This document shows positions 10,018 to 22,000 of a stretch of DNA of 64,000 nucleotides, one piece after another (the stretch's first letter is position 1; each line of letters opens with the position of its first letter). Source of the stretch: Camelus dromedarius (lineage: Eukaryota); the NCBI RefSeq assembly GCF_036321535.1, contig NC_087438.1, positions 498,001 to 562,000 of the forward strand, read 5' to 3'. A program made the position numbers and the translations under genes. The notes below the pieces were generated by a model that saw only the letters and a list, made by a program, of their open reading frames with translations, had not been told where the DNA came from and did no database searches.

Positions 10018-13000
10018 GTGAGCGCGGCCCCGGCCCGGGCCTGGTCCCCACCCTGAGCCCGACCCCGACCTGGCCGGACCTGCCCCGGGCCTAGTCCGCT
10101 CCCCGAGCCCCGCCTGACCTGACAGGACCCGACCCACCCGGCCCAGGAAAGCCGGGCGCTTGGACGGCCTCTCCCGGGAGCTCTAAGTGCGGGGACCGTC
10201 CGTGGCCCCCCGCCCTGAGCCCCCTCGGCTGCCGGCGGTGGGGCGTGGGACTGGCCCCCGACGCAGTCCAAGGGCTGCAGGGTAGCGGCTGGCCTTGAGC
10301 GGGAGCAGGAGGGCCGGGGTTGACCGGAGGGCAGCGGCGGCCGGAGGCGCCAGGCTGAAAGCGGGCTCCGCTGGCGGGGAGTTGGCCAGATGCAGACGCC
10401 TGACGGCCGCGGTGCGGGTTCGGTGCGGGTTCGTTCCCTCCTGGGTCACAGCGAGCACGCTTCCTGCTGCTCAGAGCGCCCGCCGTGTGCGGGGCGCTGT
10501 CCCCAGCAGGCCAGGCGGGTTGACCACCCCTCAGCGGCACCCAGCGAGCACCAGCTCCAGCTGTCGCCTGCTGCCTTCTGCTGGAGGCTGAGGACAGAGA
10601 CTCGAGGCAGCTCCCGGTCAGCCGTGCGGCTGCCCGCGGGGGCCGACCGGGTTCCGGCCCCAGGCTGGCCCACTCGGCCCACACCCTTAACTGCTGCACT
10701 TTCTCACCTGTGCTCTGGAGTTTTAGACACTTACTACTAAAATGTGCTTTACTTTAAACCTGATTTATGTGTTTCGTTTGTTTTCCTAGCACTGCAAAAA
10801 AAGAAGATATAAAGCTGAGTGTCAGAAAGCTACTCAACAGACATAACATCGTGTTTGGTGATTACACGTGGACTGAGTTTGATGAGCCTTTTCTGACCAG
10901 AAATGTGCAGTCTGTGTCTATTGTTGACACAGAGCTGAAGGTTAAAGACTCGCAGGTAACTTACTGATTCTCAGTGCCAGGAAACAGCCAGCCCCTAGCT
11001 GGTCACAAAGTCGGCACCGTGGTCGTGTGCTTGCTGTTTGGTAGTGTGTTGTCAGAAACTGGTTGGCTCATCTGTTGGTTTGGCCTCAGACAGGTCCTGG
11101 CTGTCAGTCAGGAGCCAGGTGCTGGAGAAGACGTGGCCCTGCTGTCAGGATGCTCTTGGTGCAGAAGGAGACAGACCAGAAACTGAGACTGGGAGTGCAC
11201 CACGATGAAGCAGTGGGCCATGCTAATGAGGCCTCTGTGCCTTCTCTCTTCTCTCAGTCAACAGCTGTTTGTGGGGTGCTCAGCGTGTGTCAGGACCTTC
11301 AGAGTTCTGGGGGCTCTTCGTCTAGTCCAGCGTATAGACTGTGTCACCCACCGCCTTACCGAGACTGTGTCAGGTGGGGGGGAGTTAAGACGAGTCTTGT
11401 GTGAGAGGCTGAGTGTGACCCAGAATGGCTGCCTCAGGAGGACGCATCACTTATACCTGTACAATTCCTGCCTTACAACAAATCATTTTGGAAGAATTGT
11501 TTTGGCGCTAAAATTTGCTGATGAGGTGGGCCTCCCCATTCTTCTGTTAGGACTGATGTTTGTGGCATTGTCAGAGTTTTTCACCCTGAAATCCGATGCC
11601 ACAGTACTCAATTTTGGCCAGCCTGAAGGGAGCAGGAGAGCCTTCCTACGCTCTTGCAGAAGGGCAGGTCCGCACAGCCTAACTGGAGGTCGTGGGTGTT
11701 GGCCACTAAACCTAACCAGGAATGTGAGAGAACTGTACACTGAGAACTATAAAACATTGTATAACTGAATCATTTTGAAGCTAATACATTATTGTAAATC
11801 AATTATAGTTCAATTAAAAAAAACTTAAAGATAAAAAATTAGATATTAATGGTCGAAAATAAAGATTATATAGTATTAAAAAGAAGTTGTTAGATTGGAC
11901 GAAAAGACTTACTTTATTTCAAATTTAAGATTAGCTTATTTTAAAATGTTTATTCTTTCCTCCCCTTTTGGGACTCAGAGTCCTTTCTATGAATGTCTCT
12001 GAAGATGAGACATACTTGTAGAAGTATCACTATTAGAGTAAAATAATAACTCTGTAAACGACAAAAGAGTTAAAAATGACCGGTTAAAGATCTGATTAGA
12101 ATGCAATGGAAAAGAAATTAGGTTGTTTTTATGACACACAACACTTTAAGATAATGACTAGAATTATGATCGATAACATTATACCAGGACAGGTTTCCAG
12201 GAATGTCACCCTAAGCATAGTTATGTGGGTTTATTTCTGGGCTCTCTATTCTGTTCCATTGACCTGTGTATCTGTTTTTGTGCCAATATTAGGCTGTTTT
12301 GATTACTGTAGCTACGTAGTATTTGAAGTCTGGGAGGGTTATGCCTCCAGCTTTGTTCTTTTTCCTCAGGATTGCTTTGGCAATTTTGGGTCTTTTGTTG
12401 GTTCCTTACAAACTTTAGGATTACTTATTCTAGTTCTGTGAAAAACGTCATGGGTACTTTGATAGGAATCATGTTAAATCTGTAGGTTGCTTTGGGTTTA
12501 TGGCCATTTTAACAGTATTTTTCCAACCCAAGAGTAGGGATACTTTCCAGTTCTCTGAATCGTCTTCTGTTTCCTTTATCAGTGTTTTATTGTTCTCAGC
12601 ATATAGGTTTTTCACCTCCTTGGTTAGGTTTATTCCTAGGTATTTTTTTGGATGCAGTTTTAAACAGGGTTTTTTTGTCTTTTACTTTCTCTTCTGATAG
12701 TTCACTGTTAGAGCAAAGAAGTTCTGTATATTAATCTTGTGTCCTGCTACCTTATTGAATTCATTTATTCTAATAATTTTTCTGTGGAATCTTTAGGATT
12801 TTCTACATAGAGTATCAAGTCACTTTCATATAATGGCAATTTTACCTCTTTCCTTCCAATCTGGATACCTTTTGTTTCTTTCTCATCTGGTTGCTGTGGC
12901 TAGGACTTCCAATGCTATGTTGAATAGAAGTGGGGAGGGTGGGCATCCTTGTCTTGCTCTAGAATTTAGTGGGCAGGCTTTCAGCTTTTCACCATTGAGT

Positions 13001-16000
13001 ATTATATTGGCTATGGGTTTGTCATAAATGGCTTTTACCATGTTGAGATATGTTCCTTCTATACCCGCTTTGGTGAGAGTTTTTATCATAAATGGATGTT
13101 CAATTTTATCAAATGCTTTTTCTGCATCTTTTGAGATGGTCATGTGGCTTTCATCTTGTCCTTGTTGACGTGGTGTATCACTTTGATTTGCACATGTTGA
13201 ACCATTTTTGTGACCTGGAATGAATCCAACTTGATCATGGTGTGTGATCCTCTTTATGTGTTGTTGGATTCAGTTTGGTAATATTTTGTTGAGGATTTTT
13301 GCATCTATATTCATCAGAAATATTGGCCTGTAAGTTTTTTTGTAGTGTCTTTGTCTACTTTTGGTATCAGGATGGTGATGGCTTCACAGAATGACTTCAG
13401 GAGTCTTCCCTCCTCTTCAGTCTTTTGGAAGAGTTTGAGAAGGATGGGTATAAGTTACTTTTTGTATGTTTGGTAGAATTCCCCAGGGAAGCCATCTGGT
13501 CTGGACTTTCCTTTTCAGAGAGGTTGTTTGTTTGTTTATTTTTTAAATAGATCCTTTTCCACTTCTAGTGATTGGTCTGTTCAAATGATCTGTTTCTTTT
13601 TGATTCAGTTTTGGCAGGCTGTATGTTTCTAGAAACGTGTCCCTTTCCTCTAGGTTGTCCATTTTTTTTGGCATGAAACTATTCATAGTATTTTCTTAGG
13701 GTCTTTTGTATTTCTGTGGTATCAGTTGTTATTTCTCCTTTTTCATTTATTTCTTTATTTGGGTCCTCTCTCTTCTTGATAATCCTGGCTGGAGGTTTGT
13801 TGATTTTGTTTATCCTTGTGAAAAACCAGCCCTTTGTTTTATAGATTTTTCTATTTTTTTTAATCTATTGTATTTATTTCCCCTCTGTTCTTTGTTATTT
13901 TCATCCTTCTGCTGACTTTAGGTTTTGTCTGTTCTTTGTCTAGTTCTTTTAGGTGGTAGATTAGGTGGTTTGAGGTTTTTCTTGTTTTTTGAGGGAGACA
14001 TCACTATGAACTTCCCTCTTAAGACTGCTTTTGTTGCATCCCACAGATTTTGTATGATTGTGTTTTCATTGTTGTTTGTCTTGATATTTTTTACTTCCTC
14101 TTTGATTTTATTGTTGACTTATTGATTTTTTAGTAGCATGTTGTTTAGTCTCCATGTGATCATTTTTTCCTCATTTTTCTTTCTGCGGTTGATTTCTAGT
14201 TTCATGCCATTGTGGTCAGAAAAGATACTCGAAATAATTTCTATCCTCTTAAATTTGCTGAGGCTTATTTTGTGTCCTAGTATGTGGCCTATCCTAAAGT
14301 TTGTTCCCATGTGCACTTGAAAGGAATGTGTATTCTGTTTCTTTTGGTTGTAGTGTCCTAGAGATCTCAATTAAGCCCAACTGTTCTCTTGTGTCTTTTA
14401 GGATTTCTGTTGCCGTATTGATGTTCTGTCTAGAAAATGTGTCCATTGATGTCAGTGGGGTGTTAAAATCTACTATTATTGAATGCCCATCAATTTCTCC
14501 CTTTACGTCTGTTAGTATTTTATGTATTAGGTAATCCTTTACTGGGTGCATATGTTACCAAGTGTAATGTCTTCTTGTATTGATCCTTTTATTGTTATGT
14601 TGTGTTCTTCTTTGTTATTCCTTATGGACTTTGTTTTAAAGTCTGTTTTGTCTAATATGAGTATTGCTACCCATGCTTTCTTGTCATTTCCATTTCCATG
14701 AAGTATCTTTTTTTCCATCCCCTCACTGTGTATCCCTTAAGTGGGTCTCTTGTAGGTTCTTGTTTTATTATCCAGTCTGCCACTCCATGTCTTTTGATTG
14801 GAGCATTTAGTCCATTGACATTTAAAGTAACTATTAATAAGTATGTATTTATTGTCATTTTAAACCTTGTTTTCCAGTAGATTTTATATTAATTCTTTGT
14901 TCCTTTCTTCTTTTTGTTTTTCCTTTTGTGATTTAATGGTTTTCTTTTGTATTATGCTTGAGTTCCTTTCTTTTTGGTTTTTTTGAATTTATTGGATAGC
15001 TCCTAATTTTTATAGCTAGAATTTAAAAGTGAGTTATCTTCAATTTATGTAGATTTATTTGGTTTTTTCTTCTCATTCTCATCACAGCCCATTGATTTGA
15101 GCGCATGCACTATTGCACTTCACATCTTCCAGCTAAATGAAGATGGCCCCAGCAGTGAAAATTTGGAGGAAGAGACAGAAAATATAATTGCAGCAAATCA
15201 TTGGGTTCTGCCTGCAGGTACCTGTGACATTAACAGTAGGTGGAGCATGCCAAATATGGGGGGGGGTCAGAAGATGGCACACACCTTGGACTTGCCAAGA
15301 AGATTTGTCTGTCTGTTTTATAGGATTTTAGGGCATTTTATCTGTTATGAACTGGAAAGTATATCGCAAAAGAAGAGAGATTTCCAATATAAGACCATTT
15401 GGGTGGGTCACTCATTGAGAATTACAGTGGTGCCCTTCTTTCCTGCCCAGTTGGTCAGTCCTGCGGGCCCACTCCTTCCTCCTTCTCAATGCTTCTCCAT
15501 GAACTTTGCCAATGGGTTCTAGCAGACAGAATCCTGGGATTAATTCAGTCATCAAGTTTTATGCTTGGCATCCTAACATGTAGACTAGACCTGCCACTCT
15601 GCCTTGCCCAAGTGTTAGCTTGTGGGGAGGCTGGTGGGTCTAGGGTGTGTGCTTGTGTCCAGGTGCAGGTCCACAAGGACAGCTGTGCATAATAATACGA
15701 TGGAAAGGTCACTCCTCTACTGAGTCACATGTGACTATCATTTATTTTACATCTTTAATTTTAAGAACAATTTAAAAAATTTGAAATCCCTGTGACCAGC
15801 ATCTTAGACTACCACACATGGAGCAGTGGGGAGCATCAGCGGCTCAGGGCAGCCCTGACCAGTAGGGGCAAGGCTTGCTTTCCTAAAGTTAGGTTTTTGT
15901 TTTTTTCTCTCAGCTGAATTCCATGGGCTTTGGGACAGCCTGGTGTATGATGTGGAAGTCAAATCTCATGTGAGTTGCGCTTTTTTCCCAAAAGGCCCCA

Positions 16001-19000
16001 TTATTTGAAGTAGAATCATTATTGTGCTGCTCTCTGGCACACTTGACTCAGATGGACTTCTGGGAATGCTGCTTACTAGCAGCCCGTGTCCTGATGTCTG
16101 TCCTCTGGGATTGCTTCCGAGTGGAGCTGGTCTCTGGGGAGTTCCCGAGGGAGAAGGGGGAGGGTTCAGAGTGTGAAGACCCCTTGCGCTGGGTCACACT
16201 CTTAGGAACCCACAGTGCCAAGGGGTGGACAGAGCAGGTGGGCAGGTCTGAGCAAGTTCCACCATGTCTGAACCCCCTCCAAGGGGAAGGGTCCTTCTGC
16301 ACACTAGGGGGACACTAGAAGTCTGTCCCCACCGCCCTGCTCCACCCCAGGCCACTTGGGGCCGCCACAGCTGACTGCAGAGCCCGGCTGCTGTTCTTTA
16401 GTGAACGAGCCATGTGCTCGTCCACTGCCGTGTCGTCCCAGAGGAAGGAGCTTGCTTTTACTTGGTGTGTCCCTCAGTTGTTTTGTTGGTTAGGATTTTA
16501 AATAAAAGTGACCTTACAATAGTACCGGGGTCCGGCCGGTGTCTGGTGCTGGCAGTCTTGGAGGACCTCCGTCCCCTCTGCTCACTTAGGGCACGTGTAG
16601 TGGGAGCCTTGGCTTTCCTCATACCTTTATCTGAATTTTTCCTTTCTTCACTCAGCTCCTCGATTATGTGATGACAACGTTACTGTTTTCAGACAAGAAT
16701 GTCGACAGCAACCTCATCACCTGGAACCGGGTGGTGCTGCTTCACGGTAAAGCGTCCAGGTTTCACGTGGCGAGAGAAGCTGCACAAAATCAGACTTTTG
16801 CTTGGACCTTTGTCCTTCTGTGAGGAGCTGTAGCTCCTCTTACGGTGGACTCAGAATTGCCCTAGAACATTCTCCCCTGTGAAGCCTACTGGGCTCACGC
16901 TCTCTGGGCTTTGGTTACTTGACCCTTCATTTGGCTGCCACCTGATTATGCCTTGTGACTTTTTATACTATTATTAAACTTTCAAGTAACTGCCTGTTTC
17001 CCCAGCTGGTCATAGACTCCTGAAGGTAGCAGTCACCTCATATTTCTCTGTGACATCCTTAGAGCTTCACTAGATAGGTAGTAAGCCGCAAAGGCCACAC
17101 TTTATAGAACCCTGTCTGGTTCTTGGGGAACAGTACCTTTTTGTTTTTTCTTTAAGTCCCCAGAGAGAAAGGAATTGAGAGACAACCCAAAGATTGTAGG
17201 CTTGTATACAATTTTAAGAGAGTAGTTAGTGTCTTTTAAATAACATATACGCTGGCAAGTTGTCTTAATACCAGGGTCAGAGTAGACAATCAACATGTTT
17301 TAATTAGTGTGATGAATTATTTTCCATTTAGAATTGGTTGCATATTTTCTCTTGAATTATGAAAAACACTTGCAGAAAGTCAGCATTCCCTCTTGGGTGC
17401 ATTTTCCACACGGGTCACCCGGGTCCTGCAAGACCTTGTTCTGAGTGACACACACGTGGGGCAAGAAGCTGTTTAGTGGGGCACTGGCCCTCCTGCCCTC
17501 CCTGTTTAGTGTGGGCTTTGGCCCATGTGTAAGCAGCTGTAGTGAAAGATGGTGGCCCATGGGCTTCAGAAGTAGCAGACATCCTGGTGGTCATTGAGAA
17601 GAGCGCTTGACCATTGAAAGGTGGATTTTCATAATCATTGGGTTTCGTAGAGGACATGGGGCATAAGTGAAGATTCAGACCAGGAAGCCAGAGGGCCTGC
17701 GGACAGGAGCACACTGCTGGTGTTTCCTCATCTGCCTGTTTCATATTCTATTGGTGATGCAACTGTTACTCTGTGGGAAGCCTGGGAGAGCACTGACTTA
17801 AAACCACATTTGCTCACATCTTCTTACAGGTCCTCCAGGAACTGGAAAAACGTCCCTGTGTAAAGCTTTAGCCCAGAAGTTGACCATTAGACTCTCAAGC
17901 AGGTAACTTCAGTAATTGGAGGGAGAAGATGGCCGAAATGGGATTGCTTTGCTCTTCAACTGAGTATTTCAGTTTTCCACAGAAGCTGTTTTTACTTTTT
18001 AACCTTTTTGCATGAATAGTGAGTCCCCCTCTTTCAAAAAAATTAGCGAATTCCTCTGTACTCAGCATAGTCTCGAGTTACTATGTCAGCCTTTCTAAAC
18101 GTGTTTGAGACCTGCTTTATGACTGCATGGCCTCTCCTGGTGGCTGTCCCATGTTCGCTTAGAATACCGTGTCTCCGCCCTTGTCGAGGGATGTTCCAGG
18201 GACGTCAGCTCAGGGTGCTCGGTGTCCACGCAGACCCCCGGTCTGCTGGTGTGCCGCTGTGGAAGGGCATCCGAGCCTTCAGTGCTGCGTCCGCTTCTCC
18301 TTAAGTCCTGTCAGTTGTGGGCTTCACGGTTTCATCACATTTAAAAACTATTTGGCCCTTATCTCTTCAGCTAATCCCCTGCTTTCTGCCGCCTTGTCTG
18401 GGGGCCCACTTACTCCCATGTTAGACGGCCTGACCGTGTCCCACAGGCCACTGATGTGCTCTTTTGTGTTTTCAGGGTTTTGAAAGTTTCTGTGTTTCAT
18501 TTTGTATAGCTTTCTGCAGTACCTGGCCTGCTTTTAATTCTGTTCAGTGTAATTTTCATCTCTGACAGTGTACTTTTCTTCTCTGGAGGTTCCATTTGGT
18601 TCCTTTTATACTTAGATTTCTCATCTCATTATGTTCTTGTTAAAATGCTTGAGGAAGTGTGTGATAGCTGTTTTATGCTCCTGTCTGCTCCTTCCATCAC
18701 CATCACGCCTGAGTCTTTTTTTTCTGGTTTTGGGTCAGGTGTTTCTGCTTCCTGACATGTCAGGTAGATTTTGACTAAACATTGTGACTTGAAGCATCTG
18801 GATTCTCTTTATTTAACGGCTGCTGAGTTTTGTTCTGCTTTTGCACTTTGGTTACTGATGCTTCAGTGTGATCCTTTCGAGGTTTGTTCTTAAGCTTTGT
18901 CAGAAGGGTCTTGGTGTAGTCTAGTCTCACTTCACAGGTGGGGTCTCAGTTCCCTCCACCGTGGCCATCGGGGCCTCGAACGCTCCCGACCTGTGAATTC

Positions 19001-22000
19001 CAGGGTTTCCCGATTCACACACCTGAGTGTCCAGTAAAGATTCGGGGCCCCAGGATGGTTTCCGGAGATTTATTCCTGTGTGTCTCCCTACCTGGAACTC
19101 TGCTTTGTGGCCTCCAGACACCTCAGGCTCCTGAACTCTGACCTCTGACCCCTCGCTCAGCATGACGGCTGTGCTCTTCCTGGGTACCCTCCAGGGTCAC
19201 GGTTGGAAGGTGCTCTAGGCAGAAAGTCAGGGCAGTTGTGCCCTCATTTCTCTTCTCTTGGGGTCCCGGTCCTCCAACGCCTGTTGTCCACCTACCTCAG
19301 GCACTGTTTCGTTTGTTCTGCCCACTCTGAGTTTGTTAAGGCAGAGGGTAAATCTGCTACCTGTTAATCCATATGAGTTTAGAAGAGAAAATCCTATGAG
19401 ATACACTTATAAATACCTTTTTTTTTTTTTCCAAAAATGGCTTGTAAGTAGGGAAACTGCTTTATTTCAATCCTTCATGCACGGTAACTTGGCCTTTGTC
19501 TTGACATATTGAAATGCATCTGTGTTTAAAGATCTCTAGGGCCAGTTTCCTAAAACACCAGAGAGTGAAGATGTTATATTACGGGAAATAAGACTTTTTC
19601 CAGTACAAGAAAGTGGAAATGTGTATTTTGTGGCAAAAAGAAACCTTAGCAAGTCTTGTTGCCCACTTTAGTTAATGATCCAAATGTTTAATACTTAATT
19701 TTGTCTAACATTCAGCACAGTCTGCATTTGTTAGGTGGTCTAGCCCCCCCCCCGCCCCCTCTTGTAAATAGAGTTAGTAAATGGTCTTTTTCAATTGCAA
19801 AACCAGTGATGCTTTCTGGAAGCAGTTACGTGTTTCCTGTGGGCTTTTGACGTGAAAGAGAAGAGGACCTGGGAGTCGGCTCTCCCCTGCCTCTGTCTCC
19901 TGCTTGATTTTAGGAAGAGCTCAGTGCGTCCAGGCCTCTCGCCGCCCCGTGGGTGCCTGGTGGTGAGTGCTGGCTGCAGTCAGTGTGTGTGCAGGCCAGC
20001 TTCTGGCCCTCTGAGCCCTCCAGAGCTCTAGGCTTGCAGGAAGTGATCTCGTGCTAGAAAACAAATCGTCGCATTCCTGAGGGTCTTGTGGAAGGAAGGG
20101 GAAATGTTCAGCTCTGACCAAAACACTTCTGGTGCTTTTGCTTCGTTTGCTGTATTGATACCCATGATGCTTTTTAAACATAGAAATGTAAATTACAGGT
20201 GCATTAAAAATTAGAGGGATTTTATTCCTGCTTTAATTCAAATGAAAATGCTGTTCAGTTTGAGGAATTTAATTTGCTCCAACTAGAACTATCGATGTCG
20301 ATGCATCTTGTTGGTTTTCCGTGATTATTCTAGTGTGCTGGTTGCTAGGGACCTCAGTCGCATGATCCCTTTAACCAAGTGTCATTCTCACCCTGCTGGA
20401 CATTTGAGAGATGTCACGTTGAAGAGGCAGAGGCAGCTGCCGCCCAGGATGCTGTGGGGCTGACTTGTCACAGTTTCCCTGACTCTCTTCTGCTGTCTTA
20501 GGTACCGGTACGGCCAGTTAATTGAAATAAACAGCCACAGCCTCTTTTCTAAGTGGTTTTCAGAAGTAAGTATTAATATCAGTTCTAATTCTCTGCATCG
20601 TCAACCGCGTAGTTGAAAGGTCATCCTGTAGATGAGGCAAATTTTGTCCTCCCAGAGCTTTAGGAGGGAAATAAGTAGAAACAGGAAAGTGAACAAGGGG
20701 CTGACTTTGTGGTCAGAGGAAAGTTCCAGAGCTACGCAGTAACTTGGAAATAGTCTGAGCCCCGAGAGGACCCTCTGCCAGTCCCATCCAGACCTTTGAC
20801 TGGGATAGGCACTCAGTGCTATCTGAGGAGAAAGGGATCTGCACCCCTCAGCTGAGCATGCCCTCGGGGCCCTGAGCCTCATTTGCCATCCGTAAACCAA
20901 AGGGCTCGGACCAGGTGATGTCACACCCTTACCTCTGAAGGGCCCTGCCCCGCGCCCATGTCAGGAGGTCCCCAGGTGGATGGTGAGTGGGGACAGGGAG
21001 GGCCCGGGAGGGGTGCACCTGGCCAGTTTGCACGTTGGCATGTGTGACCATGCCGTCCTGGTCATGCGGAAAGCTGGGAAGGGAAGATGGGAAGACACCC
21101 AGGTGAGCTGAGGCGCAAGTCGTCCAAACCTTGCAGCCCAACGCCAGGGGAGGCCGTCTGGGTTCTCTACAGACCTGGCTTCTCTGGCTCCGGGAGTTTT
21201 CTGAGGGGCCTTCAGGAGACTGTGGGCTTGTGGGGCCACCTGGGGTCAGTGAAGCCAGGTGAGGGCAGAGAGCACACGTGTGCTCCAGGCAGCTTGGTGA
21301 GTGCACGTCGACAACAAAAGAGTGTTTTGCTTCCAGAGTGGCAAGCTGGTGACTAGGATGTTCCAGAAGATTCAGGACTTGATTGATGATAAAGATGCTC
21401 TGGTGTTTGTGCTGATTGACGAGGTAGGTGTGTTTGGACTCTAAACCTGTGGCTGGAGGGAGCTCAAGACAGGGTGACACCACCAGCCCTATGGGCTGCA
21501 GCCTTTTCAGGCTCCGTGTCCTGCAGTCCTTGCCCTCGGCCCCCTCACACCAGGCTCCCAGCACAGGTGGGCACGTGCACACCCACACATGTGTTCATCC
21601 TCAGGCTCAGCTGACTGTGCCCCATTGCCCCTCCCCACAGGTGGAGAGCCTCACGGCCGCCCGAAATGCCTGCAGGGCGGGCACCGAGCCTTCAGATGCC
21701 ATCCGCGTGGTCAACGCTGTCTTGACCCAGATCGATCAGATTAAAAGGTAGCGCCCTGATCCGACGGCTTGTGGGAGACGCCCGGGCTCCTCTCGCCCGC
21801 ACACCCAGCTTTCCTAGCCAAGAACACATCTGGAGTTGGGTGTTGGCTCTGTTGCTTCCATGTTTGAGGCAGCATGTGCTAAATGCACTTTTTAGAAATC
21901 AAGTGCATTTTACTTTATTAAAGTATTTAAAGTGTAAAATGAAACTTGGGTGTGGGGAAAACGCACACCTGCCGAGAAGTATAGAACGAAGTGTCCAGCG

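Larger units (their letters stand above)
9290..10680. promoter_or_regulatory. CpG island / bidirectional promoter of BRD9 and TRIP13
   Basis: Very CpG-dense; divergent ATGs at 9616 and 9926; ETS/GABPA motifs CCGGAAG at 9709, 9728 and (reverse) 9759; CDE/CHR-like CGCGG-N4-TTCGAA at 9787-9801. Confidence 0.92.

Noticed and set aside
9155..10740. Many long overlapping ORFs
   Set aside because: Stop-codon scarcity in the CpG island; only the BRD9 and TRIP13 first exons are supported.
12218..14990. Active reverse transcriptase/endonuclease gene
   Set aside because: Ordinary L1 ORF2 relic broken by stops, frameshifts and deletions.
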